Source: a virus (lineage: Duplodnaviria; Caudoviricetes). Taken from it: DNA of 64,000 nt. A model generated the notes under the pieces. It was not told the origin of the DNA. It worked only from the letters and a program-made list of their open reading frames with translations, and made no database searches. Each line of letters begins with the position of its first letter. The stretch's first letter is position 1. The position numbers and the translations under genes are program-made. Below, piece after piece: positions 11,701-19,583 of the stretch. The DNA is taken from the IMG/VR virus record IMGVR_UViG_3300023275_000004, positions 1 through 64,000 of that record. One strand, 5' to 3'.

Positions 11701-12816
11701 GTCTGGAGTCTTCGATCCAATAGGAGTCACAGGCTCTACCTTAGCAGAGCTAGGTTCCTGAGCGCTAGTCTTGTCAGAAACTAGCTTTCCATCCTGGAAA
11801 TGAGAATCCTTCTTGATAGGATCAGTAGACTCCGTCAAGAACTTGTTCATTCCTAGAGACTGATGACTCTCAAAAGACTTGGCAGTAATCTTCTTACGCT
11901 TACCAGTCTTGTCCTCGTACTCAATCGTTCCATCTTCGTGAACGATTAGGAACGCCTTAGCGAAGCCCTTAGGACGAGAGTATCTACCTACCTTGACATC
12001 CTTACCATTAATTTTAACAGTCTTCGATGTTGACTTTTCGGCAGGCTTAGTATCTGTCTCTGGCTTGGAAGTTTCCTTCTTAGCGGGAGAAGAATCCTTG
12101 GATTCTAGTGAGTCCACCTTGTCAGAAAGCTTCTGCAACTTCTGAAGAAGAGTTTTAACCTCTGGATCATAAGGAGTCTTTCCATTAGCAAAGTGGTCCT
12201 GAATCTTACTTGTAAGATCTGATTCAGTCGATACTGGCTCAGCATCAGGAATGTGACTAGAGTGAACTAGTCCCTTAGCTTCCATAGCCTGAAGAGCATT
12301 AACCTGCCCAGAAGTAGCTAGAACCTCTGTCTTTACCTGACCATTTTCGTAAGTCTGGGTATACCACTGACCATCCTTCTTCTGTACCCAACCCATAGTT
12401 GCCTTTGAAGGGTCATTTACAAAAGAGGATACATAAAAAGCATCAATATCATTCTTAGTCTGCCCACCAGGAACGCCAGTTATAGGGGCCTGCTTTGGCT
12501 GAGCTAGATTTCCAGAAGGTGCAGATACCTTAGGTGTAGAAGGCTTATTAGGTAGGTTCGTAGAACCTGACGACGAAGCTGCACCACTAGACTTATTAAT
12601 GTCCGAGTGCAGGCTCTTAGTAGCTGCCTCAGTAGCCTTCTTAGCAGCCTTTTCGATCATGTCCTTGGTGATGATAGTTCCGATAGGCTGATCGTACTTC
12701 TTTACGCCTTCAGGAGTACGCACCTTACGCTGCGCAAGCATGATCTCATCAGGATCATCATTTGAAGCCTTCATCTTAGCAAAAGCTTCGATGATTCTAA
12801 TAGTTTGCTCGTCCAC
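5770..12816 (-). CDS. 2348-aa multidomain (polyvalent) head-associated protein with internal repeats, HipA/PI3-4K-like kinase domain and C-terminal ART-like domain
   Basis: Located between portal and protease; WIYKP...LDWALDNDDGHAANLL...GIDKGRAF kinase motifs; GGMLST...NEIMIKHAV C-terminal motifs. Confidence 0.7.
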   Translation of the reverse strand: MDEQTIRIIEAFAKMKASNDDPDEIMLAQRKVRTPEGVKKYDQPIGTIITKDMIEKAAKKATEAATKSLHSDINKSSGAASSSGSTNLPNKPSTPKVSAPSGNLAQPKQAPITGVPGGQTKNDIDAFYVSSFVNDPSKATMGWVQKKDGQWYTQTYENGQVKTEVLATSGQVNALQAMEAKGLVHSSHIPDAEPVSTESDLTSKIQDHFANGKTPYDPEVKTLLQKLQKLSDKVDSLESKDSSPAKKETSKPETDTKPAEKSTSKTVKINGKDVKVGRYSRPKGFAKAFLIVHEDGTIEYEDKTGKRKKITAKSFESHQSLGMNKFLTESTDPIKKDSHFQDGKLVSDKTSAQEPSSAKVEPVTPIGSKTPDKPASEVKPQEAAKPAQKQADIPAWEKDLIDSSKSAEAKKEQPKVAPVSKPEEGQPDTVKIGNLTVKVGRYSRPKGFAKAFLIVHPDGTAEYENKNGDRKKIGPKSFEGHWKLGMNKFLTSDTGAIKKGDSYENGKLVESKNAPEAPKAPESPKASPAIDAAKKAAIELKAKQDAKKAEEDKSKNTKTVSIEGKEKGTFSEDAVVYYGKNATPETAMYKYVQEKDGQWFYVDKGSNTLLNSDWAKSELDKKKANGDILPEGDAPSNKSEDKTIKVFTSSFADSDVEHTVPKGSKFYVTGNNKNKQDIAVLYVQYPDKSWHTLSSSGEKPLKQQTAELLEHYIGTGTYAEWEPKDVTPVDDSVKTFNVSLNSANGGTNKDFPEGSSVYVAKNASPDLASTAYVVTPDGTMWRLGAATGIKEVTGNEKDARLEQIGAGTLTKWVKYHSVAEQKSDKSLYVKIGSDSKFGPFPDGTKVFYSAVTAPENSGVKYLQDPDTKEWTVVSKLGSKKASNYMTSEIESAIGNGGLVEDKSDTKLVHVPNEASVGPNETDAEKAAQEVINAPKSTESPKSVKISGMDVKPGKYSIGKEFAKAFLEVHGDGSVYYVNKKGDKKKLTAAAFKKNWDAGMKVYSGPVESAAGPAQSAEKTKVGGPATGSYYFHSFDAPFDSAHTVEVLPDGSGLLKTTGKDAIPVDAEAVLSTFSTGWVTDEFGNTVVIPGGGKPSGYHLFAGPNKVSAEQLQELRNDLTSEEYGSLTKLKKLTGQINVDFLVDYAEKYFPNTSGSARKSMIKAIDDLLHGVTTKQADKPSVEAVPNAAKAAFGKDSQGYYIMPELSQEESQNFHWGSSSEQNAMIKKVASQVGNGKVIGQSPSKLNSYKKTDWMSAFQAGNMKQLYQIETYAGMPVDDKTHPGSPLNKDTHQIIWAAAVPGELPAGKIPEGKWSPDGYKMSDAEIDNYILAANMAYPEYLDSSDKKYWVHYHMNGSKLQADVLSLKAKKRHDKDPSALYSSKPKFTPNVKPYQPHDEYYKAGGSAHSWPQEALKSYAAEFPDSVPESMKNGYVYDWATPINSHMENRKAEEAAKAAAELAEAMKPKFTLESGKTVTSTHEAMVLSDQFGKKWIYKPRQDKDIFLADVEQAAHELSSAWGFKTAKSHITEFDNRKGHVQQMLDAEKDFTKASVTDLNTAQIQDLAKEHLLDWALDNDDGHAANLLILKNGSVVGIDKGRAFVGIGHWDGLTGDSKADSRANLVYTKLYDAIANKSISQEDANAAYFSVLKQARKMSKISDSKMTEILERGFANRKVWGFGGPSNKEDAIQRALDRKNSLVDDMEKLWGNVFKRAGYTKPQPPENIVVNDDDQEIHLGITPAALEQAKANGSYGASVFFGGPEIEDAHVLLYHAKSKTGQDTLHGEMKIREETKAFKDVEKWLKDNAVQVGNAYGFTPSSMKVELPNEGDYYQQIIAGVKTISHHALDGQYNEGKLNGMSFVKNTLQNYINDYDAKMADPTQNAALAKQYKDPKAFLEMAQTYLGYIKKAEEHKKNGTKSSPGEFERFVYTPPKEDKPESTDGVGVKVELRQASSPKAVKNGVPQFDEDGQLHHKFGYDENGNPGSMYLVTLPTGETIEFRGNTTGTPAASKGLTRFTMPAGAEEAASLERIRAQMAEMGLSMNEANEDDLELYYWRHLAGIMAARADSKDNYPAQTKSTSKYNKFKAAKPVETANMTPAEEIEAWRNAFANITSREQIDEFVGSGGHLPKFGHFHMADQNKYSGQPYWERFDVTDEEAQSKQLLAGSFYQDEAAQYTVTTGGMLSTEARLRTLGMWKDGMSSSADQSHGSSGFVFIRQNQEVSASTNSYGLMGVYYNPKILKRTHNYSYAGDNYGNIKSKPEEAYFDFDALSKHSGSGNEIMIKHAVSTLDDIEIVTFTDEVLRNKVIKMLKDMGVDEIRGVPVEQRFVMRNKNDIMAAQKAAKEAWSK

Positions 12817-12992
12817 AGCCCTCTCCTATCTAGTCACCTACTAAATCGGACGATCAGTAAATTTTCTATCGTCGGATACTTTTTATTTTGTCACGTACTT
12901 TAGAAAAAATACTGAGACTGTTACTTTTTTTACTAGTTACAGGGACAGATTTAAAGTTTCCATCCCTGTAGCTAATAACGTAAAACAACGGC

Positions 12993-14879
12993 TCACTTTC
13001 CGGACTTTGGCTTGACATCTCCACTACCCTCTTCAGGAAGTTCCCAACCTGACGCTACGAACTGAGCTGGATCAAACTTTTGCCTTCTAGAAATGTTTCC
13101 AGAGGCATCTTGAACAGCTACAGTTCCATCGCCATAGACTAGAACCTTGGCTCCCTCGTGGTGAGGATGACGAAGAACCATCATAACACCTGCCCCACCC
13201 TGAGGAGCTGCACCTGTAGAAGCTGGCTGAGCAACAACGGGCTTATTTGGGAGGTTAGGAGCTACAGGAGCGTTCCCTGGAGCACCATCCCCGATAACAG
13301 TACCTATAGGCTTATTGTAGCGCTGCACACCTGTTTGAGAGGCTACCTTACGAGCTAGCTCTACGACATCCTCCGGAAGTACAGCAGTTAGCTGGAAGCC
13401 TTCAGGAAGCGCCGCAGGAGGCACACCTACAGGAGTGGTACCAGAAGCATCAGTAGGCGCTCCTGAGCCGTCTGAGAGGGCAGGATCGGCCTGTGGCTGC
13501 ATAGCCGCTAGTTGCGCCTGCTGAGTCTGAAGAGCCATCTCCTTCTGCTGCTCACGCTCTTTAGTAATTGGGTCCCAGTCAATCTCAAGACCAAGCTCTT
13601 CAGCCATCTGCTTCTCAAGCTCCCATACAAATTCTGGTGAAATTGTAAGAGTCTGACCAGCAGTAGATAGCTTATCGAACGTGTCCTTCATTGCACCCTT
13701 CTGCTCATCAGTAAGTGGTCCCCACTGGAATCTTGGATACTTACCTGAGTTGAAGTTCCAATCAATAAAACGAGGAATAATCTGGTTATTAATAACATCA
13801 GAAATTTCACGCATGATTGTATGAAGCATAAGCATGAACAATGAATCATCCTGCTTACCAAAATCTACAAGACTTGAATCGCCACCACTACCCTGCTCCG
13901 TATCAAAGAATGGGGCAAGAATAGACTTGGACATCTGAGAATTATGATGATTGATGTATTGAAGGAAATCAAACGAGCCAGCTTCCTTAAGACTCTCAAC
14001 TTCATATCCCTCAGGAACAGCAATATACTGAGCTAGACCTACATCAGCTAGCGCCTTCAGGAATCTATTCTTCTCAGTCACATTAGCATTCTTAGGAATA
14101 GTTCCTACTCTGGTACCCATAGCAGCTCTCTGAGCAGCAACATGTAGCAACCAATAAAGCTTTACCTTCTTGTCATAGTGATAGAAGGCAGCCTTAAAAT
14201 ACGACTGTCCGTAAAATGGGCGCTCATCTTCGTTAGCTGTGTAGTAAACAGCATCATCCTTAGGAATTTTTACGTCAATAAGCTCGCCATTAAAGTATGT
14301 CTGCTGACGGAATCCTTCAAAATTTCCATTACGATCAATCAAGAACTTTACCGTCTCGGCTGGACGATAAGCTACCTTCTTAAGAGTGTACTTACCCTTA
14401 AGGGGTCCTGTAGTAGGAGTCCAGTACACCAGTTCAAATGGTGCGAAACCATCAAAGACAGCTCTTAGCATCTGAGAAATTACTAGCGGGAAAGGAGTAA
14501 GCATTCCACCTGATGAGGCTGGAAGAGTGAACATCTTGTTAATGAAGTCAGCTTCCTTCTCTCCGCCACTCTCAAGATCTGTAGGAATGACTGTAGAGGA
14601 CTTCAGAGCAGCCTGAATAGGGCGGGTAAGTAGCCTGTATAGAGCCTGAGCCTGTCCGTCTGATTGACGCATAGCTACAAGCTTTTTTACAGAAACTTCT
14701 TCCTCGCGTGGAAGTTCCCAAGAATTTTTAAACTCGTTCAGGAAAGGAAGATAGAAACTATGTCCTACTTCAACTTCTGTCTCTGGACGAGGGATAGACA
14801 TGCTTGAAAGTCCATCACGTGCTGCTAGCTCAATTACCTCTTCGTCGCCAGGTAGCGACGCTTCTAGATTCTCAGACAT
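12993..14879 (-). CDS. Portal protein (DUF935 / Mu gp29-like) with long C-terminal extension
   Basis: GFAPFELVYW, PFYGQSYFKAAF..Y..K, FLQYINHHNSQMSKSIL, INNQIIPRFIDWNF...YPRFQW; directly after terminase. Confidence 0.85.
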   Translation of the reverse strand: MSENLEASLPGDEEVIELAARDGLSSMSIPRPETEVEVGHSFYLPFLNEFKNSWELPREEEVSVKKLVAMRQSDGQAQALYRLLTRPIQAALKSSTVIPTDLESGGEKEADFINKMFTLPASSGGMLTPFPLVISQMLRAVFDGFAPFELVYWTPTTGPLKGKYTLKKVAYRPAETVKFLIDRNGNFEGFRQQTYFNGELIDVKIPKDDAVYYTANEDERPFYGQSYFKAAFYHYDKKVKLYWLLHVAAQRAAMGTRVGTIPKNANVTEKNRFLKALADVGLAQYIAVPEGYEVESLKEAGSFDFLQYINHHNSQMSKSILAPFFDTEQGSGGDSSLVDFGKQDDSLFMLMLHTIMREISDVINNQIIPRFIDWNFNSGKYPRFQWGPLTDEQKGAMKDTFDKLSTAGQTLTISPEFVWELEKQMAEELGLEIDWDPITKEREQQKEMALQTQQAQLAAMQPQADPALSDGSGAPTDASGTTPVGVPPAALPEGFQLTAVLPEDVVELARKVASQTGVQRYNKPIGTVIGDGAPGNAPVAPNLPNKPVVAQPASTGAAPQGGAGVMMVLRHPHHEGAKVLVYGDGTVAVQDASGNISRRQKFDPAQFVASGWELPEEGSGDVKPKSGK

Positions 14880-14899
14880 ACCTAACCTCCTTCAACATC

Positions 14900-16756
14900 T
14901 TAAAAATCGGTTGGTGGCTCGTAGTACATATTTGAAATTTCAAAGCCAGCAAATTTCTCTACTTTAGTACCAACCAAAATTTCAAATTCTTCGTAGTGGG
15001 CTTCTCCACCGTCAGGATCTTCCTCTCCACCAAGATCAACGGCACCAAAAGCAGCACATGCAAGAGCATCCGCCTCATCTTTACTACCAGTGGTAGGGTG
15101 ATCAACTTTTCCATTTGGTAGCTGGTTAAGACTCAGTAGTTCGTTCATCACCAGGTCACGCTTAGGAATCCAGATACGACCATCGTGAATAAGGTCCTTA
15201 AGATTCCTCCAAGGCTCAGAAGAACGATCCGTAGAAACCCTGTCAGACTCGATTCCATGAATGTCTTCAAGAATCTGCATAGAGTCCTTCGACTGGAATC
15301 CATCGAAAGTGAACCTCTGAATGTTGAATCCACGCTTCTTTAGCTCCAGGCAGAGCTGCCTAGCCCAGCGAATTTGGATTTCACGTGGAGGTTTTGCAGA
15401 AATATCAGCCTCGTAAGAAATTACAAAGTCCATCTTAACATTAGGGCGCATTTCTCTAACTGTAATTTCTGCGCCATCTTCGTCATAGATGATATCTTCA
15501 AATTCTTCTTGACTGATTACGTGAGCCATAGCGATACCAGCGCGGTCACCATTAATGGCAAGGTCACCATGCATAGCGTACCTAGCGCCATTGATAGGAA
15601 TGAAGTCTGGAGCAAAGTCGTACTCTGGCTTCCAGGTTTCGCCATCCTGTACGTACCTTACTGTAATAGGCTCCTGCGCAACGTCATGGAAAACGCTCTT
15701 AACAGCAGCTTCGTTCCTGAAGTAAGGATTTACAGCCCTAGCTGGCTTGCACTCATACTTAGCAGCAGCCTCGATAGGATCTTTTTTGTACTGAGTAGCA
15801 AATTTTTCAGGTCCCGTAACACGTGGATTTACTTCCCACGTAGCATATGGACCAGAAACATAACTCTTAGACTCCTCGCCCATCTCTTCATTATCCTCCT
15901 TGCCCTCATTAATGAGAGACATGATAGGAGAACCCAAATAACGAGGGTACGAGATGGCTACCAGCTTATAGATATCTGGAAAACGAGTAGAAGCCGAAGA
16001 ATCCATCATGTTCATGATGTGTTCGGCTGAGTTCGTGATAGAAGAAGATCCCTTACGCTTGCCATCAAGAGCTGAAGGAAAAGCGTCAATTTCGTCAGCG
16101 ATGCCTAGCAGTAGGTTTAGACCTTCCTGACTTTCAGCATCAGAGTGACCAGAAATAGCTAGAACGTTCTTGTCAAACTCGACCTGATTCATGGTTGGAT
16201 TACACTTGTCCTCGAACCAGCCTTTTTTTACGGCTCTTTTAATAGGATCGAAGAAGGCAAGCATAGCCTGACGAGCGTTAGTAGCTACGTTCAAGGTGTG
16301 AATAGAGTCAGCATCAGGCATTTCATAGTAAAGCTGGGGTGACTTCAGGGTCAGTAGCAAGTAAATTACGCGGAGGGTAGCAACACGTACTGTGTTGTCT
16401 TTTCCGGCTCCCTTACCCCACATCGCTGTAATTTTGTTCGTCATACGAACTTGCTGACCCCAGTAAGGCTCTTCACGATAAGTAGCAAATGAGCCTACTA
16501 CCAGTCTGGACTTCTTGACTTCAGTCTCAGCTAGCAAAGCGATAGTGTCAGGAAAGTAAATCTGCTCGATCTGGCGAACGAGATTCCATTGGATAGGACT
16601 CAACTGGAATTTGGTACCAAGAGATGCCCCTAGATACTTTCTGTCTGAAACAAAAGTATCTAGGGGTACCGGAATCTCGTCAAAGAGGTCGTCTAGATCG
16701 GAATCCGTAGTTCGATCTAGAGTAGCTTCTCCAAGCAGCCTCGATAGGTCGCTCAC
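14900..16756 (-). CDS. terL: Terminase large subunit
   Basis: Walker A WGKGAGKD, Walker B IADEID, RNase H-like nuclease motifs HGDLA / TFDGFQS / KDEADALA. Confidence 0.9.
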   Translation of the reverse strand: MSDLSRLLGEATLDRTTDSDLDDLFDEIPVPLDTFVSDRKYLGASLGTKFQLSPIQWNLVRQIEQIYFPDTIALLAETEVKKSRLVVGSFATYREEPYWGQQVRMTNKITAMWGKGAGKDNTVRVATLRVIYLLLTLKSPQLYYEMPDADSIHTLNVATNARQAMLAFFDPIKRAVKKGWFEDKCNPTMNQVEFDKNVLAISGHSDAESQEGLNLLLGIADEIDAFPSALDGKRKGSSSITNSAEHIMNMMDSSASTRFPDIYKLVAISYPRYLGSPIMSLINEGKEDNEEMGEESKSYVSGPYATWEVNPRVTGPEKFATQYKKDPIEAAAKYECKPARAVNPYFRNEAAVKSVFHDVAQEPITVRYVQDGETWKPEYDFAPDFIPINGARYAMHGDLAINGDRAGIAMAHVISQEEFEDIIYDEDGAEITVREMRPNVKMDFVISYEADISAKPPREIQIRWARQLCLELKKRGFNIQRFTFDGFQSKDSMQILEDIHGIESDRVSTDRSSEPWRNLKDLIHDGRIWIPKRDLVMNELLSLNQLPNGKVDHPTTGSKDEADALACAAFGAVDLGGEEDPDGGEAHYEEFEILVGTKVEKFAGFEISNMYYEPPTDF

Positions 16757-17550
16757 TTACCCAATTTCTGTGAAATCTTACTTGCAGTATTGAAATACCC
16801 TGCCAGCTCGGCCTTACGGTCAGCCTCAAGGAAACTTTCTACATTCTCAGCAGTCAGAGAAGCATACTCACCCTCTGAATCAGCCAGTTGCTTAACAGTT
16901 ACGTACTTAGTCATAACTTCAACTGGATCTGAGAAGGTAGCATTACCGTTCTTGTCAACTGTGTAATCAACACGATACTTCTTTGAAGAATCTCCGTAGT
17001 CTCCTGTAACAATCAGGTAGTCTGTCCAAACTTCCTTGACGTACAAGTAGTCCCAAGGATCAGAAGCGTAGTCAGGAGTTACAGATCTACGGGCTCTGCG
17101 TGCATCGGTAACCTTTTGAGTGAACTGAGCACGAATCGAATCCATGCTGTAAGAAACCGAAAGCGAAAGAAGCTCGTAAGGACTAATTACCTGCTCAAGC
17201 TTGCCACGAGAGTTAGACATAGCAACTTTCTTGGAAGCTGATCTTGCCTTATTAGACGCCTTTAGCTTCTCCCAAGCAGCTACCGCAGCAGCAGCCTTGG
17301 CACGAGTATCTACATCTACGTTATCTCCACCGGCAGCCCACGCCTTTACGCGAGAGATAGCAATGGCGATAGCTGTACTCTTGGACTTACCACTACGGAT
17401 GAGCGCCTTAGCGATTCTGCTGATGTAGTCAGGCAGACCTTCATCGCTAGTCTTCTCAATCCAGTTATTCTTTCCTGGCTTCTCTGCGAGCGAGTGCGCG
17501 CGAGAAAGCTCATAGATCAACTCTAGATCCTGAGCATCTGTTTCAGGCAT
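16753..17550 (-). CDS. Hypothetical head-associated protein
   Basis: First gene of the head operon, overlaps the terL start; GLPDYISRIAKAL...AIAIA helical domain plus YRVDYTV...FSDPVEV beta domain. Confidence 0.55.
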   Translation of the reverse strand: MPETDAQDLELIYELSRAHSLAEKPGKNNWIEKTSDEGLPDYISRIAKALIRSGKSKSTAIAIAISRVKAWAAGGDNVDVDTRAKAAAAVAAWEKLKASNKARSASKKVAMSNSRGKLEQVISPYELLSLSVSYSMDSIRAQFTQKVTDARRARRSVTPDYASDPWDYLYVKEVWTDYLIVTGDYGDSSKKYRVDYTVDKNGNATFSDPVEVMTKYVTVKQLADSEGEYASLTAENVESFLEADRKAELAGYFNTASKISQKLGK

Positions 17551-17584
17551 AGCCGCCTCCGATAAAGTCGTGTGCTTTTATTAC

Positions 17585-18013
17585 TTAATCGGACACGACA
17601 TCTTTAGGCTGCTTCCACATGAGCTTATACAAGTTAGTATTTCCCTGACCTCTTCGTCTAACTTGAAGCGCTCCAATTTCCTGAAGTTCTCGCATAGCAC
17701 GCTGAACAGTCCTCGTGGATATGCCTAACTTCTCTGCCAAGTAGGATTGGCCCGGAAATATACCCTTTGGAGATCCACCAAACTGGTAAGACAAAAATCC
17801 ATAGAGCCTAACTGCTTCAGCACTACCCTTAGACTCAAAAATCCATCCTGGTACTTGACCGAATCTTCCTACTATTTCTGAACGCTCATCTTCAAAGTTT
17901 AAATCCTTTGAAGGATCTTTTTCTGGGTACAAGTTACTCAACTCTCTTATCAATGGGAAACTCGTAGTGAGTTGGGGGATTGGTTGCGACCCCAATCCCC
18001 CGTCGCATCCCAC
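17585..18013 (-). CDS. Helix-turn-helix DNA-binding protein (HTH_36-like)
   Basis: FPGQSYLAEKLGISTRTVQRAMRELQEIG...TNLY; true start uncertain. Confidence 0.8.
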   Translation of the reverse strand: MGCDGGLGSQPIPQLTTSFPLIRELSNLYPEKDPSKDLNFEDERSEIVGRFGQVPGWIFESKGSAEAVRLYGFLSYQFGGSPKGIFPGQSYLAEKLGISTRTVQRAMRELQEIGALQVRRRGQGNTNLYKLMWKQPKDVVSD

Positions 18014-18336
18014 TGACGAGCTGTTACCTAGATACTACCAACAAGTCAATCTTGGACCAAGCTATGTACTAATATGTCCGAAAGGTTTGATGAGACAAAA
18101 ACAGCACTTCTAGAACCGTCGTTTTTGGCGCACTAACCATAGTAAGCTTAACCATATAAAGATCTTCTTTTAAAAAAAGAAGCAAAAGCAGAGCGCCCTC
18201 CGGGCTCCTGCTAAACCTTATCAAGCCTTCGGCTAGGGGTTAAGCGAAGCGACCTAGCTAGGCACGATGAGTTTTCTTGCGCGCCGCAGTTGATCTTGTA
18301 CTTGCGGAGCTTTGCCTTTTCTGCTACAGTGATGGC

Positions 18337-18843
18337 ATGAGATTACAAACGTCATGTGTTTTCTGTGAAATTATCGCTGGTAGGTCACCAGCTAAGGTGG
18401 AGCACGAGTGGCGAGATGCCCTTGCTATCCACACGATTAAGCCCAAGGTTCCTGGACATTTGCTTGTGATCCCTAAGAAGCACGTTCAGGATGCTAACGA
18501 AAACCCTGAAGTTGCTGCTATGGTTATGCGTAGAGCCGCAGAGATTGCCAAGCCTCCGTCGCATATTCATACTAACCTTGGTGGAGCAGCAGCTCAGACG
18601 GTTTTTCACCTACACTATCACATAATCCCGCGTATTCCAGGCGAAGAGGTTCAACTCTCTTGGTTTAAGCCTTGGAAACCTAACCCATTGGACAGAAATT
18701 GCAACCAGGAATCGACACAGAGCGAGAAGCTTGGACTCTCGTTCTCAACGGAGCTGAATCTTACGTGGAAGATGCTATCGATGAAGACGGATCTTTCACT
18801 GCCGACGAATATGAAAAAATTACTTCAAGGGCTATGGAAATAA
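18337..18843 (+). CDS. HIT-family nucleotide hydrolase
   Basis: CVFCEII, GHLLVIPKKH, QTVFHLHYHIIP histidine triad; leaderless start after TACAGT. Confidence 0.9.
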   Translation: MRLQTSCVFCEIIAGRSPAKVEHEWRDALAIHTIKPKVPGHLLVIPKKHVQDANENPEVAAMVMRRAAEIAKPPSHIHTNLGGAAAQTVFHLHYHIIPRIPGEEVQLSWFKPWKPNPLDRNCNQESTQSEKLGLSFSTELNLTWKMLSMKTDLSLPTNMKKLLQGLWK

Positions 18844-18874
18844 TCGATGACCTTAAAGCTGAAAAGGATGTGAA

Positions 18875-19507
18875 GTGGTGATCGGAGATGATCTGAAGAT
18901 CAGACAACTTGAAGAAGAGCGAGTTGAGAAAAGCATCACTGCCTATTCAAATCACGCTGCTTACGCAGCAGAGCGTGACCTTGCTAGGGCTGGCAAGCTT
19001 AACTTGTTTGCAAAGTCCTTAGAAGAGAATAGTAGGGTCCTTGATGCTGGCTGTGGGCCAGGTTCCGATCTGAAGAGATTCAAAGAGCTAGGGTACAAGG
19101 CTATTGGAGTTGACCTTAATCCTCATTTTTTAAGTGTGGCTCAAAACTTCGGCTCTGTCTGCTTTGCTGACATTCTGGATCTACCCTTCCGCGACCGCTC
19201 ATTTGACGCTCTTTGGGCTAAAGAAGCTTTGGTACACATGTCCCACGATCTTACCTCCCAAGCGCTCAGAGAGCTTTACAGGGTGCTTAAACCAGGGTCT
19301 CCGACGTACATCTCTGTTGTAGCCTTTGATAATGAGCACTGGCGTGATGGGTGGCGTGACACTCCCTACGGAACTTTATACTTCCATACATGGAGCACGG
19401 ATATTTTTCCGTATGTAGTGGAAGCTCATGGCTTCAGTGTCAGTGAGTATTGGAAGTCAGGTGGGTATATTCACCTGTACGCTAACTCAAAGAAGAACCC
19501 CAAGTAG
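18875..19507 (+). CDS. Class I SAM-dependent methyltransferase
   Basis: VLDAGCGPG, GVDLN, LPF.D.SFD, ELYRVLKPG motifs. Confidence 0.85.
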   Translation: MVIGDDLKIRQLEEERVEKSITAYSNHAAYAAERDLARAGKLNLFAKSLEENSRVLDAGCGPGSDLKRFKELGYKAIGVDLNPHFLSVAQNFGSVCFADILDLPFRDRSFDALWAKEALVHMSHDLTSQALRELYRVLKPGSPTYISVVAFDNEHWRDGWRDTPYGTLYFHTWSTDIFPYVVEAHGFSVSEYWKSGGYIHLYANSKKNPK

Positions 19508-19583
19508 TAATAACTTCAGACTGTCGAACGTTGCACCTAACAGACGATTTGTTAGGTGCAACGTTTCTTTTTGGAGGTAAAAA

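Noticed and set aside
6153-16793. Long antisense and alternate-frame ORFs overlapping the giant, portal and terminase genes (e.g. 6196-6792, 7084-7839, 15374-16030)
   Set aside because: Shadow ORFs produced by codon bias of the real minus-strand genes; no RBS or recognisable motifs
18014-18330. Replication origin in the AT-rich divergent intergenic region
   Set aside because: Only two short TAACCATA copies and an A/T run; not enough to distinguish from ordinary divergent promoters
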